A stretch of DNA of 64,000 bases from Dimorphilus gyrociliatus (lineage: Eukaryota > Animalia > Annelida), in the NCBI GenBank assembly GCA_904063045.1, contig CAJFCJ010000007.1:4161404-4225403 (forward strand). The letters run 5' to 3'. The notes beneath the pieces are model-generated. The model was not told where the DNA came from, ran no database searches, and saw only the letters and a list, made by a program, of their open reading frames with translations. Both the position numbers and the translations under genes were made by a program. This document shows, piece after piece, positions 1 through 12,800 of the stretch; the first letter of the stretch is position 1; each line of letters starts with the position of its first letter.

Positions 1-731
1 CGTATTTGCTGCCACATATGTTCTCCCAGTCTCCCATCATTTTACAAGCTTACAATAACATGCCAATTTCCCTACTGTTAAGTTCCGTCAGACACTTAAT
101 TGAATCGTTGACTTTTTATCAGCTTATTTCATTTCTCTTCATTCATTTAAGATATATTTTAGAACCCCATAGATCTCTTCTATCTTCTTTTTTTCTTTTA
201 AGAGTTAGGCATTGTTCACATCGATCTAACTTCAAGTTAGCCATAATAACCACTTAATAATATAACTTTTTTCTTTTAAATTTTCAATTAGGGCTTTTCG
301 TCTTCTCCTTTTTGTTTATGTTTGGGGTTAAAATTTGTTTAAATTTTATCAAAAGTCCATAATCTTCTCAACCAGTGTCTCCATTCGCAAGAAAATTTCT
401 TATTTTTATTTTCAAGTCGAAACCAAACAAAACCAATACACCATATCATTTTTGCTTAAATTTTTCACATCAATTTACGCATCGTCTTCGATTTCTTCTT
501 ATTTTTCTCTAAATTCTTCAGGGATGCCAATATCCAATTTCTTTTCACCAAACTAACCATACACATGTAATACTCTGGTATTAATGATCTTTACAACTTC
601 TACAGTTAGAATTTTGCTGTTGTGCTGAGAATCAGGAAACACTTTATGTCTGACAACTATCCATGTAAGCAGCCAGTTCTATTTACCACTACGACCTTAA
701 ATCCTAGAGCTAATTGGTTTTGAACACTCAC

Positions 732-2740
732 CTGGAATTTTTCCTCGTTTATGTCATCCTGAGGATCTTGTCTTTTGTCTTCCTCACTTTCATTACTAAC
801 ATTCTATGAAGTAAACAATATGGTATAAAGAGAACTTGAAATATATTTCTTAGAACAAACCCCTTGTCTTTCAGCAGTTGATTCAGATTTTGAGTCACTT
901 TCTCCCTCTGACGATGAACTCGATGATGTAACATTTTCAGTATTGGATTGTCTACCGCCTTGTAGGTCGCGAACTGCAGGCTCATCAAGTTTAGGCACAA
1001 CTGAATTTTAAAAATGACATAAAAAAACACCCATTGAACATTTGAACACTCACCTTTTCCTTGTTTTGATTTTTCCTGTTCTAATTTTTTCATTTCTCCT
1101 TCCTTCTCCTTAAGTATTCTCTCTTCTTTTTCTTTGCGAATTCTCTCTTCCTCTTTTTCTTTGCGAATTCTCTCTTCCTCTTTTTCTTTGCGAATTCTCT
1201 CTTCTTCTTTTTCTTTGCGAATCCTCTCTTCTTCTTTTTCTTTGCGAATCCTCTCTTCTTCTTTTTCTTTGCGAATCCTCTCTTCTTCTTCTTCTTTACG
1301 AATCATCTCTTCTTCTTTCTCTTTGCGAATTCTCTCTTCTTTTTCTTTGCGAATTCTCTCTTTTTCTTTCTCTTTGCGAATCCTCTCTTCTTCTTTCTCT
1401 TTTCGCATTTTCTCTTCTTCTTTCTCTTTTCGCATTTTCTCTTCTTCTTTCTCTTTTCGCATTCTCTCTTCTTCTTTCTCTTTTCGCATTTTCTCTTCTT
1501 CTTTCTCTTTTCGCATTCTCTCTTCTTCTTTCTCTTTTCGTATCCTCTCTTCTTCCTTCTCTTTGCGAATTCTCTCCTCCTCCTTCTCTTTGCGAATTTT
1601 CTCCTCCTCCTTCTCTTTGCGAATTCTCTCTTCTTCCTTCTCTTTGCGAATTCTCTCTTCTTCCTTCTCTTTGCGAATTCTCTCTTCTTCCATAAGTAAC
1701 CGATCTTCTTCTTCTTCTTTCAACCTTCGAGCGTCTTCTATCTCTTTTCTAGCTGCTTCCTCTCGCAGCCGTTTTTCTTCTTTCTCTTTTAGTTTCTTAT
1801 CTTTTTTTTTCTCTTTTGCTGATTTCTGTATTTCTTCCTTTTCATTGTCCTGATCACTCTGCTGAATCTCTTCTCTAGACTCCCCCATTGATGTATTTCC
1901 TACTGCTGAGAGAAATATGTCAGTTTATAATCAAAATATATATTTAAAAAGTTACATTTTTCCTCATCTGAAGAAGTTTGTTCAGGCTGAATTTTTCTCT
2001 TTACTTCTGTGCGAATAGATTAAATGTTATCAAAATTTAGTTGAATTTATCTACTTACTTTTACCTTCGTGTTTTTGAAAAGTATCACTATCAGATTGTT
2101 CATTCTCACTTTCCTTCTTCAAAACCTGATATTGTTCTTTTTCGTGTCGCATTTGTGTGTATGTTCTTTGTTGTTTTTCCAGGTATTGTTTTACAAAGTC
2201 GCTCTGTTCACCAACTGATTCCGATAACTAAATTTATAACAAATAAACTGTTCAAATGGTAAATATGCGTATCGGAAAATATCTAATTTTGGAACTAAGG
2301 AACTTCCAACATTATTTTCAAACCGATTAGTTTTTGAAGGTTTAAATTAAGACATGTAAAATTCAGATTTGATATACAAAAACAATCCACTGAGCAATTA
2401 TATATAATATTATAATAATATGAACAATCTTATGCTTGTAAGTCAAATATATGGAATATTTACCTTTCTATTAGGGATTTCATCCTCGCTGGCATCAGAA
2501 TGCAAACGTTCAATTCGCATTTTCTGTTTTTAAAGAAGGAGATTACCGATGTTTATATAAAATACATAAAAAGATGGCGGATAGAGCGATATAATGAAAA
2601 CAAACCGCTTTTAATCGTTTAATTAGCTCAGTTTTACTTCCACTCTTGGACAATCCACGACTTTCGAGCTCTTTCTTCAAATCAACAACCCTTAGCTCAT
2701 TTATGGCTTTACCGCCGATCTTAAATACTTCTTTTTCCAT
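732..2740 (-). CDS. ACIN1: Acinus-like SAP-domain protein (ASAP/EJC splicing factor), 5' part; the 3' part is presumably off the left end of the window
   Basis: Exon 1 from ATG 2740 gives MEKEVFKIGGKAINELRVVDLKKELESRGLSKSGSKTELIKRLKA (SAP domain). A downstream exon (~2068-2216) gives GEQSDFVKQYLEKQQ, resembling the Acinus SQNSFIKQYLEKQQ motif. Then a long E/K/R-rich exon (ORF 749..1888) and acidic exons down to a GT donor at 731. RRM and RSB motifs are not seen in the window. Confidence 0.8.
1115..1690 (-). repeat. Coding minisatellite with a 27-nt unit encoding (I/M)RKEKEEE(R/K), about 21 copies
   Basis: Plus-strand unit ~ctctcttcttctttctctttgcgaat repeated in tandem; visible in ORF 749..1888. 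Confidence 0.95.
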
Positions 2741-2950
2741 GTTTAACAACCTCCAGTGACTCGGAAGTTGTATCTGCTGCGTACTTGCCACTTCCTGTTT
2801 TTTACAGGCGCCATCTACAGGTAAGACGTTTATTGAAATAAACTGGTAAATATCTAAGCTAAACAGTAAAAGTGTACATAATCGTTAAGAATTCGTTTAT
2901 CATTATCTTTTAATAAAGTTGTCCATTTGTACTGAGCAAACTCTTTCACA
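2741..2950. promoter_or_regulatory. Bidirectional promoter ACIN1/PRPF31 with YY1-like (GCGCCATCT 2808-2816) and ETS-like (ACTTCCTG ~2790) motifs
   Basis: Divergent ATGs at 2740 (-) and 2951 (+). A second YY1-like AAGATGGCGG lies at 2571-2580 in ACIN1 intron 1. Factor identity is inferred from motif resemblance only. Confidence 0.5.
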
Positions 2951-4579
2951 ATGTCATTAGCAGATGAACTCCTAGCTGATTTAGGTAATAATTGAAATTA
3001 CATCATTAAAGAAAATGCAAAAATCACTTTGTTTGATATTCAGAGGATGCCGGGGATGAAGCTGTGGCTATGGATGATGAAATTGAGGACGTTTTGGAGA
3101 CTGGAGAGATGGAACAAGACGTTGATCAAAGAAGTATAAGATTTATTGCAAAGCTGCTTCATAGTGATCAAGTAATATTAAAGAATTCATGAAAATTACT
3201 ATAATCACGTAACGAAAATAATATTTTTCAGTTTCATGAGATGCTTATGAAAATCGAATTTTTTCAAGAAAAAAGTATACGAAAGCAAAGTAAGTCTTGG
3301 AATTTTTTTCCTCTAAGCCGATTAGCTTCTTTTCAAATTTGTAGTTATTGGACCTGTGGAATCTGATCCAGAATATCAGCTCATTGTAGAAGCTAACAAT
3401 ATGACCGTGGAAATTGATAATGAAATATCAATAATTCATAAATATGTCCGTGATATCTACCATAAGCGATTTCCTGAATTGGAGAGTCTCGTTCCCATTG
3501 CTTTAGATTATGTGAAGACTGTAAAAGAATTGGGAAACGAAATTACAGCTAGTAAATCATCTGAAGCGCTTAGTCAATTACTCACCCAAGCGACAATTAT
3601 GGTTGTTTCCGTTACGGCCAGTACTACTCAGGGTGAACCACTTGACGAAGAAGAGCTACAAAGAATTATGGAGGGTTGTGACATGGCTATAGATCTTGTA
3701 GAACATAAGGCTAATATATTAGAGTATGTCGAATCACGTATGATGCTCATAGCCCCTAACATGGCTGCTATAGTAGGAGCTTCCATTGCTGCTAAATTAA
3801 TGGGTATGGCAGGAGGTCTAACTGCTCTGTCAAAAATGCCAGCCTGTAATGTTTTACTCGTGGGAGCTCAAAGAAAAACTCTCTCTGGATTTTCCTCTAC
3901 AGCAATCAATCCACATACTGGTTTTGTTTTCTTCAGTGATATTGTTCAACGGTGTCCTCCAGACTTGCAAAAGAAAGCTGCCAAGCTGGTTTCAGCAAAA
4001 TGCACACTTGCGGCTCGAGTTGATTCTTGTCACGAATCACCTTCTGGATCAATTGGAGAAGACTTTAGAAAAGATATTGAAGAAAAATTAGGCAAAGCTC
4101 TCGAACCACCACCAGTTAAGCAAGTCAAACCTTTGCCAGCACCAATAGATCCATCCAGGAAAAAGAGAGGAGGACGACGTTATCGAAAAAGAAAAGAAAG
4201 ATTAGGAATGACTGAATTACGAAAGGCAACAAATCGTATGAACTTCGGAGAAATAGAGGAAGATGCTTACCAAGAGGATCTCGGATTTAGTCTTGGATCT
4301 GTTGGTCAAAATAAAACAGGAAGAATCAGAGGTCCACCAGTAGATTCAAAAACTAAGGCAAAAATCTCAAAAACACTTCAGAATAAATTGGCAAAACAAG
4401 GAACTATGAGTACATGGGGAGGTACTTCAACTGTTAAAAAAGCCGTTGGTGGTACAGCATCCAGCGTAGCGTTTACACCTTTACAAGGACTGGAAATTGT
4501 CAATCCACAGGCAGCAGAAAAGAGAATAGAAGAAGTAAATGCAAAATATTTCTCTGTTACAGCAAATTTCAAAAAATAG
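2951..4579 (+). CDS. PRPF31: U4/U6 snRNP protein Prp31 (4 exons: ~2951-2984, 3043-3171, 3231-3288, 3344-4579)
   Basis: N-terminus MSLADELLADL; Nop domain (RFPELESLV, TIMVVSVTASTTQG, LSKMPACN); KKRGGRRYRK NLS; C-terminal GTASSVAFTPLQGLEIVNPQAAE. Confidence 0.98.
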
Positions 4580-4869
4580 TTAACAAAATTTGTTTTTGTT
4601 GTTTTATTATTACAAAATTAATAAAGATAATATGGAAATTGTTTTATAATTGTTATATTATATTTTCTTAAGAAGAAAAGCACTAATACAAAATTTGAAT
4701 CTCGTGCCAATTTAGTGCAGCATGTTTATTGAGGGAAACGGAAATATGCTTTTTAGTAAATGCGAGACTTTCAAACCGACCGGATCAATCGTATAGGTCA
4801 TTCTCTTTGCCGACGTCACGTCGTATGATAAATTTATTTTGGTCAATTTTTGCTTATTTTTCTCCTGAA

Positions 4870-5439
4870 ATGTCTAAACAACGTGAAAGAACTTTTCTCA
4901 TGTTGAAACCCGACGCCGTTCAGCGCGGTTTGGTCGGAGATATCATTGCCCGATTTGAAAAACGTGGTTACAAATTGGTAGCCTTAAAATTCATGAATGT
5001 AAGTATTGATATAATTCAATATCGCTCACATTAATAAATGATTTTTCTCAGGCATCTGAAGACCTTTTGAAAAGACACTATGCTGACTTATCGTCCAAAT
5101 CATTTTTCAACGGACTCATAAAATACATGAGCTCCGGTCCAGTAGTTCCAATGGTAAGATTTGATATGCTAAGAGCCACGTGTTCAATATAAAATTACTT
5201 TTTTTAAGGTTTGGGAAGGCAAAGATGTCGTCAAACAAGGCCGTAGCATGTTGGGTGAAACTAACCCTTTAGCCTCTTTACCCGGCTCTATTCGTGGTGA
5301 TTACTCCATCGATATCGGGAGAAATGTGTGCCATGGCTCTGACAGTACTGAATCTGCCAAGCATGAGATCAGCATGTGGTTTACTGAAAAGGAACTTGTT
5401 AACTGGGACAGCCATATGGATACCTGGGTCTACGAATGA
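4870..5439 (+). CDS. NME1: Nucleoside diphosphate kinase, group I (3 exons: 4870-4998, 5052-5153, 5209-5439)
   Basis: [36 protein letters not shown], catalytic [10 protein letters not shown]-terminal WVYE. NME1 versus NME2 cannot be distinguished. Confidence 0.95.
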
Positions 5440-5583
5440 ATCTCTACACGGTTTCAGAAGAATTAGGTTCCAATGATAACATAAGTTTATGTATTTGAGA
5501 AAAGAATACAATTCTTTATTAAAACTGCGATATTCACTGTAGTAATAGTTAACACGTATTATTTCTAGTAAGACAAGCATTTG

Positions 5584-8500
5584 TCAGAAGTATTTCTTTT
5601 TATGTTTCTTTTTTGTCTTACGTCTCTTTGGCTGATTCTTAGCGTCTGGGGGATTGGGAAAATATTTAATAGAAAGTAATATTGCAGGAATGTGATTATA
5701 CCATAAGGTTCAAAAGTTGCCGGAATACGTCTGCCGTTTACGTGTTGCTCTAAAATCTGTGTAGTGTCTATTGGCCTCCAATCAATCTCTGGCCGATCTA
5801 TAGCTATCTGCTCTGGAATATGTGCCTCATGTAAATCGTATGCTCCCCTGTAAATGAGAATTCATAAAAAATAATTATTTTTATATCTATTAGTATAAGT
5901 GTATAGTGACCTCTCATCAGTGCTCCTTAACAGTTTAACGTAATCGGCTGCGCTATCATGATGTAATAGATAATGGCCTTCCTCTACCATATCAACGAGA
6001 TATTTAAGTATTTTATATAAGTTAGTAGTTGCTTTTTCGGGACTAAACACATTTAAAAAAGAAAAGAAATTATTTTGTTACCAATTATATAAACTCACTT
6101 GAAACTTGGTTCGTAAGACTGTTCAGGTCGCCAATTTTGCAAATTACATGGTTTCCAATTGAGAACTCTTGAGTAAAAAGGAGTGATATTAGCTGTGAGT
6201 GTTAAGGAAATGTCTTTCGTAAAATTTTATAAAATCAGTTTATTTAACCTTTTAATACTGTGGCTCCATTCCTAAGAAAAGAAGCAAGCCAGGTCCGGCA
6301 CATTTCACTATAGCCTTCTTGTTCAAAGCCGAATTGACTCTGGTATTCCAATTTTGGCATTATATGTAACTTTGTTAAATGCTGATGAAAAAGAAATTGA
6401 AATGTAAAAAAATTGAATATTCGGATGATTTGAACCGAAAAATTAAAAATCTTACCCTATTCTGACCTTTAAATGCTCCATGAACATTGTTTCTTACAAT
6501 TAAATCTAAATCGCCTAATTTCCATAACTTATAGGAAACAAAATCCTCTTTATATTTTTGAAAATTATCTTCAATTTCCTTTGTTGTATAGGTTTTTGGT
6601 GGTTCTTGACTCTTAGGATCTAAACGCAATAAGCAAACATAATAACTTTTAAGAAAATTAACATATACAGTAGCAAGCTTACGTACCCTCAGGAACTTTT
6701 GTCTCTTTTAAATCAGTTTCTGCCTTCGTTGATAATGCTTCATTTTGCTGCTTAAGAATTGTCTCCAGACTATAATAATTACCCATGTTACCAGTAGAAG
6801 AGTTGTAGAGGAAAGAACTAGAGACGTCAACCTCTTCGTTGTCACTTCCATCATCGCCACTTTCACTCCATTCGTCTGAACTTGATTCTTCAGCCTAAAA
6901 TAATTCATTTAACATTAATTGACAATTTAGCGCTATAATCAGTCGAATTAAATTGTAAATTTACTAACTACAACTAAATTCTTTAGAGATGATCCTTCGC
7001 TTTCATTCATTTTTGGGCTTGAATCTATAAAAAGCAAAATAAATATTATAAATTGAAATACTATCAGTTACAAACCCTGACTTGAGCATAGTAATTGAGA
7101 ATCCTTTGTTGTTGGGTTTATAACGGGTTGTTTTTTGGGAGATTCGTTTGACACTCCAGATATGGATCTATTCCGAAGTCGCATGCCTTTTGAAGGGCTA
7201 GAAATAGAATCTTCCTCCGAACTTTCTCCAAACAGGTTTTTCTTTGCTTTCTAGAGAAATAAACAACAGACAAACACTAAAATGAAGTATTAAACACTAG
7301 TCATATATACATCGTCCAAATTGGAAAACTTCTCATCTCCTTTATTGTCGCTGGTATCCCCGAATAGGTCCATCGTTAAATCTAATATTTTAAAACCAGA
7401 ATATCATTAATACAGTCTACATATTATATTTTACACAATATAACAGTTGTTTTTTAAAAAATTACCGTCGTTTGAACTTGACGGACTCTCTTTGGGCTTT
7501 ACTTCTGCTTGCTTTTTTGTTGAAGGGCGCTTTTTGAATGCTTTTGCATCGGGTTCTTGTGGTCTGGGTGTAATTGAGCGATTGCGTAGACACATTCCCT
7601 TACTAGACTCTGAAGTTTTATCACCAGCTGTTAGATCTTGTTTAATAGAAGCCTTTAAAGGTGACGCTGCAAAACATTTGAAAGAAATGTTTCAAATAGA
7701 CAACAGTTTAATTGTCCAAATATCAACATACTTGATTTTGTTTTACTATCATCCTTAGAATCGTCTCCTGAACTGTCTGTAATTTCTATTGACTTCTCTA
7801 TAAATAAATAATAATTGTTACTGTTATAATTAATATTGCTGTCATAATTAATAAATTTACGAGATTCTTTAGATTCTCTTTTTCCTCTTTTACTTCGACC
7901 ACAACCTGTAGGGTACTTAATACGTTCTCCTACCCCAAATATATCTTCATCGCTTACATAGTTATTTTCAAATATATCTCCATCTTTATCCTTTTCATTA
8001 ATGTCTTTATCTTTTTCTAGATTTTTTTTGTCAACCTTAGATCGAATGCTAATTAAACAAAAACAATGAAATAATACTATAAGTTATTACTTCTGTTTAC
8101 ATTACAAACCTTAAATCGCTATATTTTAATAAAAATGCCTTAAGAGATTCTTTGTGAAAAGCGTGATTCTTCTCTCTTGATGACATTGTTAAAGGAAGCA
8201 AAGGTTTATTAATAAAGAGAGTTTTTTTTCCATTTTTCATTCTCCTAACAGTAAAACAAATTTGCCAACCCCTCGGATAATTTTTATGAACATTATTATC
8301 TATTAAGCATGTTAAAGCTGATGACGATAAGACTATATCAACTTTTTGACTTTCAGCTAATTTTTCAGCATTAGCATCTTGGCTTATAATCTAAAAATTT
8401 TGAAAAGTTCAAGCTAGTTTTATTTTATTTTCATAGAAGAAAAAGCGTTCCTTACAGGATGATTTTGTCGTTTACTATTTCTTAGAGTTAATAAACGAGT

Positions 8501-9750
8501 ACCATACGTGGGGAGGCGAGGTTGTTTAAAACTTGATGGCAATATAACATCCCTCATTTTACCCTTTTTATAAATCAAAAATAAATTAAATTAATTCAAT
8601 TAAATTTACAAATATATAATACAAACTATTTCAAGCAGATTCTGCACCAAGTGAAGGCGAAATGATTGATCTTCACAGTCTGATTTTAAAGGTATATGAT
8701 GAATTTCTTCATAGAAGCGTGGATAAAGACTAACATACGATCTAAGCATGTCATATTTTCTCTATAGACAAAAAATAGAAGACACCATAGCGAATTTTGA
8801 TTTTGAATGAAAATATTAAAATATAGTAAGAATTACCCTTAAAAATTTCCTTGCACTTTGTTTAACGAATCCATATTCTTCTCTACATAGTCTCTTCGCC
8901 ATATTGCGCAGCCAATTTTGAAATTCATTTTGTTCAGAAACAATTTTCGATTTAAGAAACTGTCATCAGATAAATAATAATATATTTTATCATTAAGCAG
9001 TATTTAACAAATTAATAGTAGATGCAAACTTACCGTATATACTGTTAGATCTTTTACTGAAGGCTTTAGTTTATCTTCCAACATTGACTTGAACTTAATG
9101 GATAAATTGACAAATTCAGCATGTTGAGATGTTGAAAGGCAAGATTTTTTAGGATAAACATAATCAAAGTTGTATGGCTTAAAGTTAAAAGTTCTGAAAA
9201 GCAATATTTTAGATGATTCATTATTAGATATAATTCATTATAGTTATTGTAATAATAAACTAACTCTTGTAAGGGTCTTTTCCTTTTTTTTCGTTTATTT
9301 GGTTTTTGGGGTTGAGTCTTTAAAGACTCAGACCAAGGATGGTCAGCTGTAAAATAATGTGACTTTAGAAAAAGTTTACAATAATATTAAGAATAATGAA
9401 AAAAATTAAATGTAAAGTTTCCTTTTAAACTTTTAAAAATAGAACAGAGTTTTACTAATGTAAAAATTTGCTTTAAGAGATAAATAGTACTTTTTTCAGT
9501 TTCAGGGAGTTTACTATTGTTCTCAGACATTTTCTTTACTGCTTCAGACTCGTTTCGGATATCATGACGATTTTTAAGAAATGGCACAGATATAGTCTCA
9601 AAATTCTTGCTATATTCTTCATACTCATTCCAAGAAGCTGATTTTATGTCCGATTTAGGCCTATTGAGCGAAAATGGGTGGATAAATTAGCTTACTATCA
9701 AAAAAATTTAAAATAGAAAATAATTACCATTCAATTTTTAACGAAGACAT
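5584..9750 (-). CDS. ICE2: Little elongation complex subunit 2 (NARG2/ICE2), multi-exon
   Basis: Start MSSLKIEW at 9750. N-terminal EFQNWLRNMAKRLCREEY resembles human EFLKFLQNSAKKCAQDY. NARG2_C motifs YKLWKLGDLDLIVRNNVHG, PKLEYQSQFGFE, EGHYLLHH, WRPIDT...HVNGRRIPATFEP. Basic tail ends at TGA 5586-5584. Confidence 0.85.
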
Positions 9751-9845
9751 TTTATTCACTGAAATTTTCTGCCAAACGTCTGAAACAATTGAAAATAATA
9801 CAATTTTTACTGGTATTTAGTAATATTTTACGGTTGTGTACAACA
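9751..9845. promoter_or_regulatory. Very compact bidirectional promoter ICE2/SNRNP200
   Basis: Only 95 nt between divergent start codons at 9750 (-) and 9846 (+). Confidence 0.7.
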
Positions 9846-12800
9846 ATGGCGGACGCTGCGGCGAGAAGTTTACAATACGAATATAAAGCGGTAATATTAT
9901 ATTTCGTTATTTATTCTTACGTGAAATGTAAAATTAAATTTCAAGATTATTTGTTGATATGGGCTATTAATTTAGTTACTAAGTATTTAATAAGAAATTT
10001 CGTTTATGAGCGATAATAAGTAATCATGTCTTGCGATCAAAGAACGCACAAGCGACGTTTTATGCAAGCAATCTCTTTATAATATTAGATAGCTATACGT
10101 ACGTCTAGGTATTTATTTGAAGCAAATCAAAATTATAATTTTGCTGTTTTATTTGAGATTGTTAACTTTTTCGAAACTCTTTCATATCCAAATTTCCATA
10201 ACGCTAATATTTTTTCCCCCCATAGAACTCAAATCTTGTACTTCAAGCTGATAGATCTTTAATTGAAAGAAGACCTAGAGATGAAGCCACTGGAGAAGTA
10301 TTGCCCCTTACGTCTGATGTTCTCAAAATTACTCGAATGGGAGATAAAGCCATTCGAGGAAAACCAACACAGAAATCAGAAGAACAGAAAGCAAAGAAGG
10401 CTAAAAAGTCGAAAGCAACTATCACTACCCACAGTAAAATAACAGGTCCCAGAGCTGGGGTGTTAGCGGAAGATGACGACTTAGCCACAGGCATTTTGTA
10501 CAGACCAAAAACCACAGAAACAAAAAGAACTTATGAGATTTTATTAAGTGTAATTAACGAAGCTATTGGAGATCAACCTAGAGATGTTTTATGTGGAGCA
10601 GCTGATGAGGTTTTATCTGTTTTAAAAACCGGAGATGTTCGCGATTCACAACGTAAAAGTGATATAGAATCTTTGCTTGGACCTTTACCAGATGAAAGAT
10701 TAGCTCTTTTAATGAATCTTTCAAAGAAATTGTCAGATTGGGGCGTTGAAGAAAACACACAGACATTAGGTGATACTGCAGTTGACGAAGACGGTATCAA
10801 TGTACAGTTTGAAGAAAGTGATAACGAAGATGAAGATGGAATGGGGGATGAAGTTCAAGAAGACGATGAAGATGATGATGAAGAGGGAATGGAAACTCAG
10901 GACAATATGACATTGTCAGCTAAATTAGGAGATATTTCTAGTTCAAAGAGTGAAACAGATATATTAAATCCACACGACGTTGACGCGTATTGGTTGCAGA
11001 GAAAATTAAGATCTCTGTACGATGATCCAGTGGTTGCTCAATCAAGAGCCGCAGATGTAATTCAAGCACTACAGGATGCTAATGACGAAAGAGATGTTGA
11101 AAATAAGCTCGTTCTCCTTCTTGGATTTTCCAATTTTGATCTCATTCGAACTATTCGAGCTAACCGAAATACAGTCTTATATTGCAGTCTTTTAGCACAA
11201 GCTCAATCAACAGCAGAGAAAGAAAAAATCGAAAAAATTATGAAGGAAGACCCTGAATTAGCTAAAATTTTGCATGTTTTAAAAGATACCCGGGGCAAAT
11301 CTGATATTGTTGTTGAAGAACAGAAGCGCCGGAAAGCTGACAGGCAACGTAAAATTGATCAGGAGATGGAATATGAAGATATGACGACGACAGAAGGGCC
11401 AACAGCTACAGTTGATCTGGATGATTTAATTTTCAACCAGGGTTCTCTACTTATGGCTAACAAAAAATGCGAATTACCTGATGGATCTGTAAGAAAGCAG
11501 CGAAAAGGTTATGAGCAGGTGCACGTTCCAAATCTTAAGCCAAAAGCTTTTGGAGATAGCGAAGAGTTAATACCTATTTCTAAGCTACCCAGTTATGCTC
11601 AACCTGCTTTTGAAGGCTATGAGAAACTGAACAGGGTTCAAAGTAAAGTATGTGATGCTGCACTTAACAATGATGAAAATCTTTTGGTTTGTGCGCCAAC
11701 TAGTTCTGGTAAAACTAATGTGGCACTTCTGACTATTTTGAGAGAAATAGGCAAGAATGTGAGAAGTGATGGAACTATTGATACTAGTAGCTTTAAAGCC
11801 ATTTATATTGCACCTATGCGATCATTGGTACAGGAAATGGTTGGCTCTTTTAGAAAGCGACTCGGAAATTACAACTTGGTTGTTGATGAACTTACAGGTG
11901 AACATCAATTGACCAGAGATCAATTAGTAAATACGCAACTAGTTGTTTGCACCCCTGAAAAGTGGGATATTGTTACTAGAAAAGGAGGAGCGCTTGCATA
12001 TACTACTCGGTTATTAATTATTGATGAAGTTCATTTGCTGCATGACGACCGTGGTCCAGTTCTCGAAGCTATTGTTGCTAGGACATTGCGTGCCAGTGAA
12101 GCTAAACAGGAGCATGTTAGAATTGTTGGACTTTCTGCCACCTTACCTAACTATGCCGACGTAGCCACTTTCCTTAGAGTTCCCGCTGATAAAGGACTAT
12201 TTCACTTTGATAACACTTTCCGACCTGTCTGCCTAGAGCAAAACATGATTGGTATTTCTGAAAAGAAAGCTGTTAAACGCTGGCAACTGATGAACGAATT
12301 GGTATACGAGCGACTAATGGCAGCGGCGGAAAAGAACAAGCAGGTTCTTATCTTTGTTCATTCAAGGAAAGAGACAGCAAAAACTGCTAGAGCCCTCCGG
12401 GATATGTGTATTGAAAAAGAAACTCTGAGTCAAGTAGTGAAACACGGTACAGCTGTAACAGAAGTTTTGCGCCAGGAAGCAGAGCATGTTAAAGACAAGA
12501 ACCTAAAAGAGTTATTACCGTATGGTTTTGCTATACATCATGCTGGTATGCAAAGAGTTGACAGAACGTTGGTAGAAGACCTGTATGCTGATCGTCATAT
12601 TCCCGTTTTAGTATCGACAGCAACATTAGCTTGGGGTGTTAATCTTCCTGCTCATACTGTCGTAATCAAAGGAACTCAAGTGTACAGTCCAGAAAAAGGT
12701 CGATGGACTGAGTTGGGCGCCTTAGACGTATTGCAGATGATGGGTCGTGCTGGTAGACCTCAATACGATAGTAAAGGTGTGGGAGTTTTAATAACTCATC

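Noticed and set aside
6-556. Plus-strand ORFs 6..257 and 335..556
   Set aside because: Low-complexity with no motifs, and probably within an ACIN1 intron. Minus-strand purine-rich stretches here contain stops in the frames I tried, so I could not build an exon.
1134-1853. 239-aa plus-strand ORF (RILSSSFSL)n
   Set aside because: Antisense shadow of the Acinus coding minisatellite; the repeat lacks stops in that frame.
6186-6246. U12-like branch sequence TTCCTTAAC near an ICE2 3' splice site (minus strand)
   Set aside because: The matching donor is GTTAAA, not RTATCCT, so it is not a minor-class intron.
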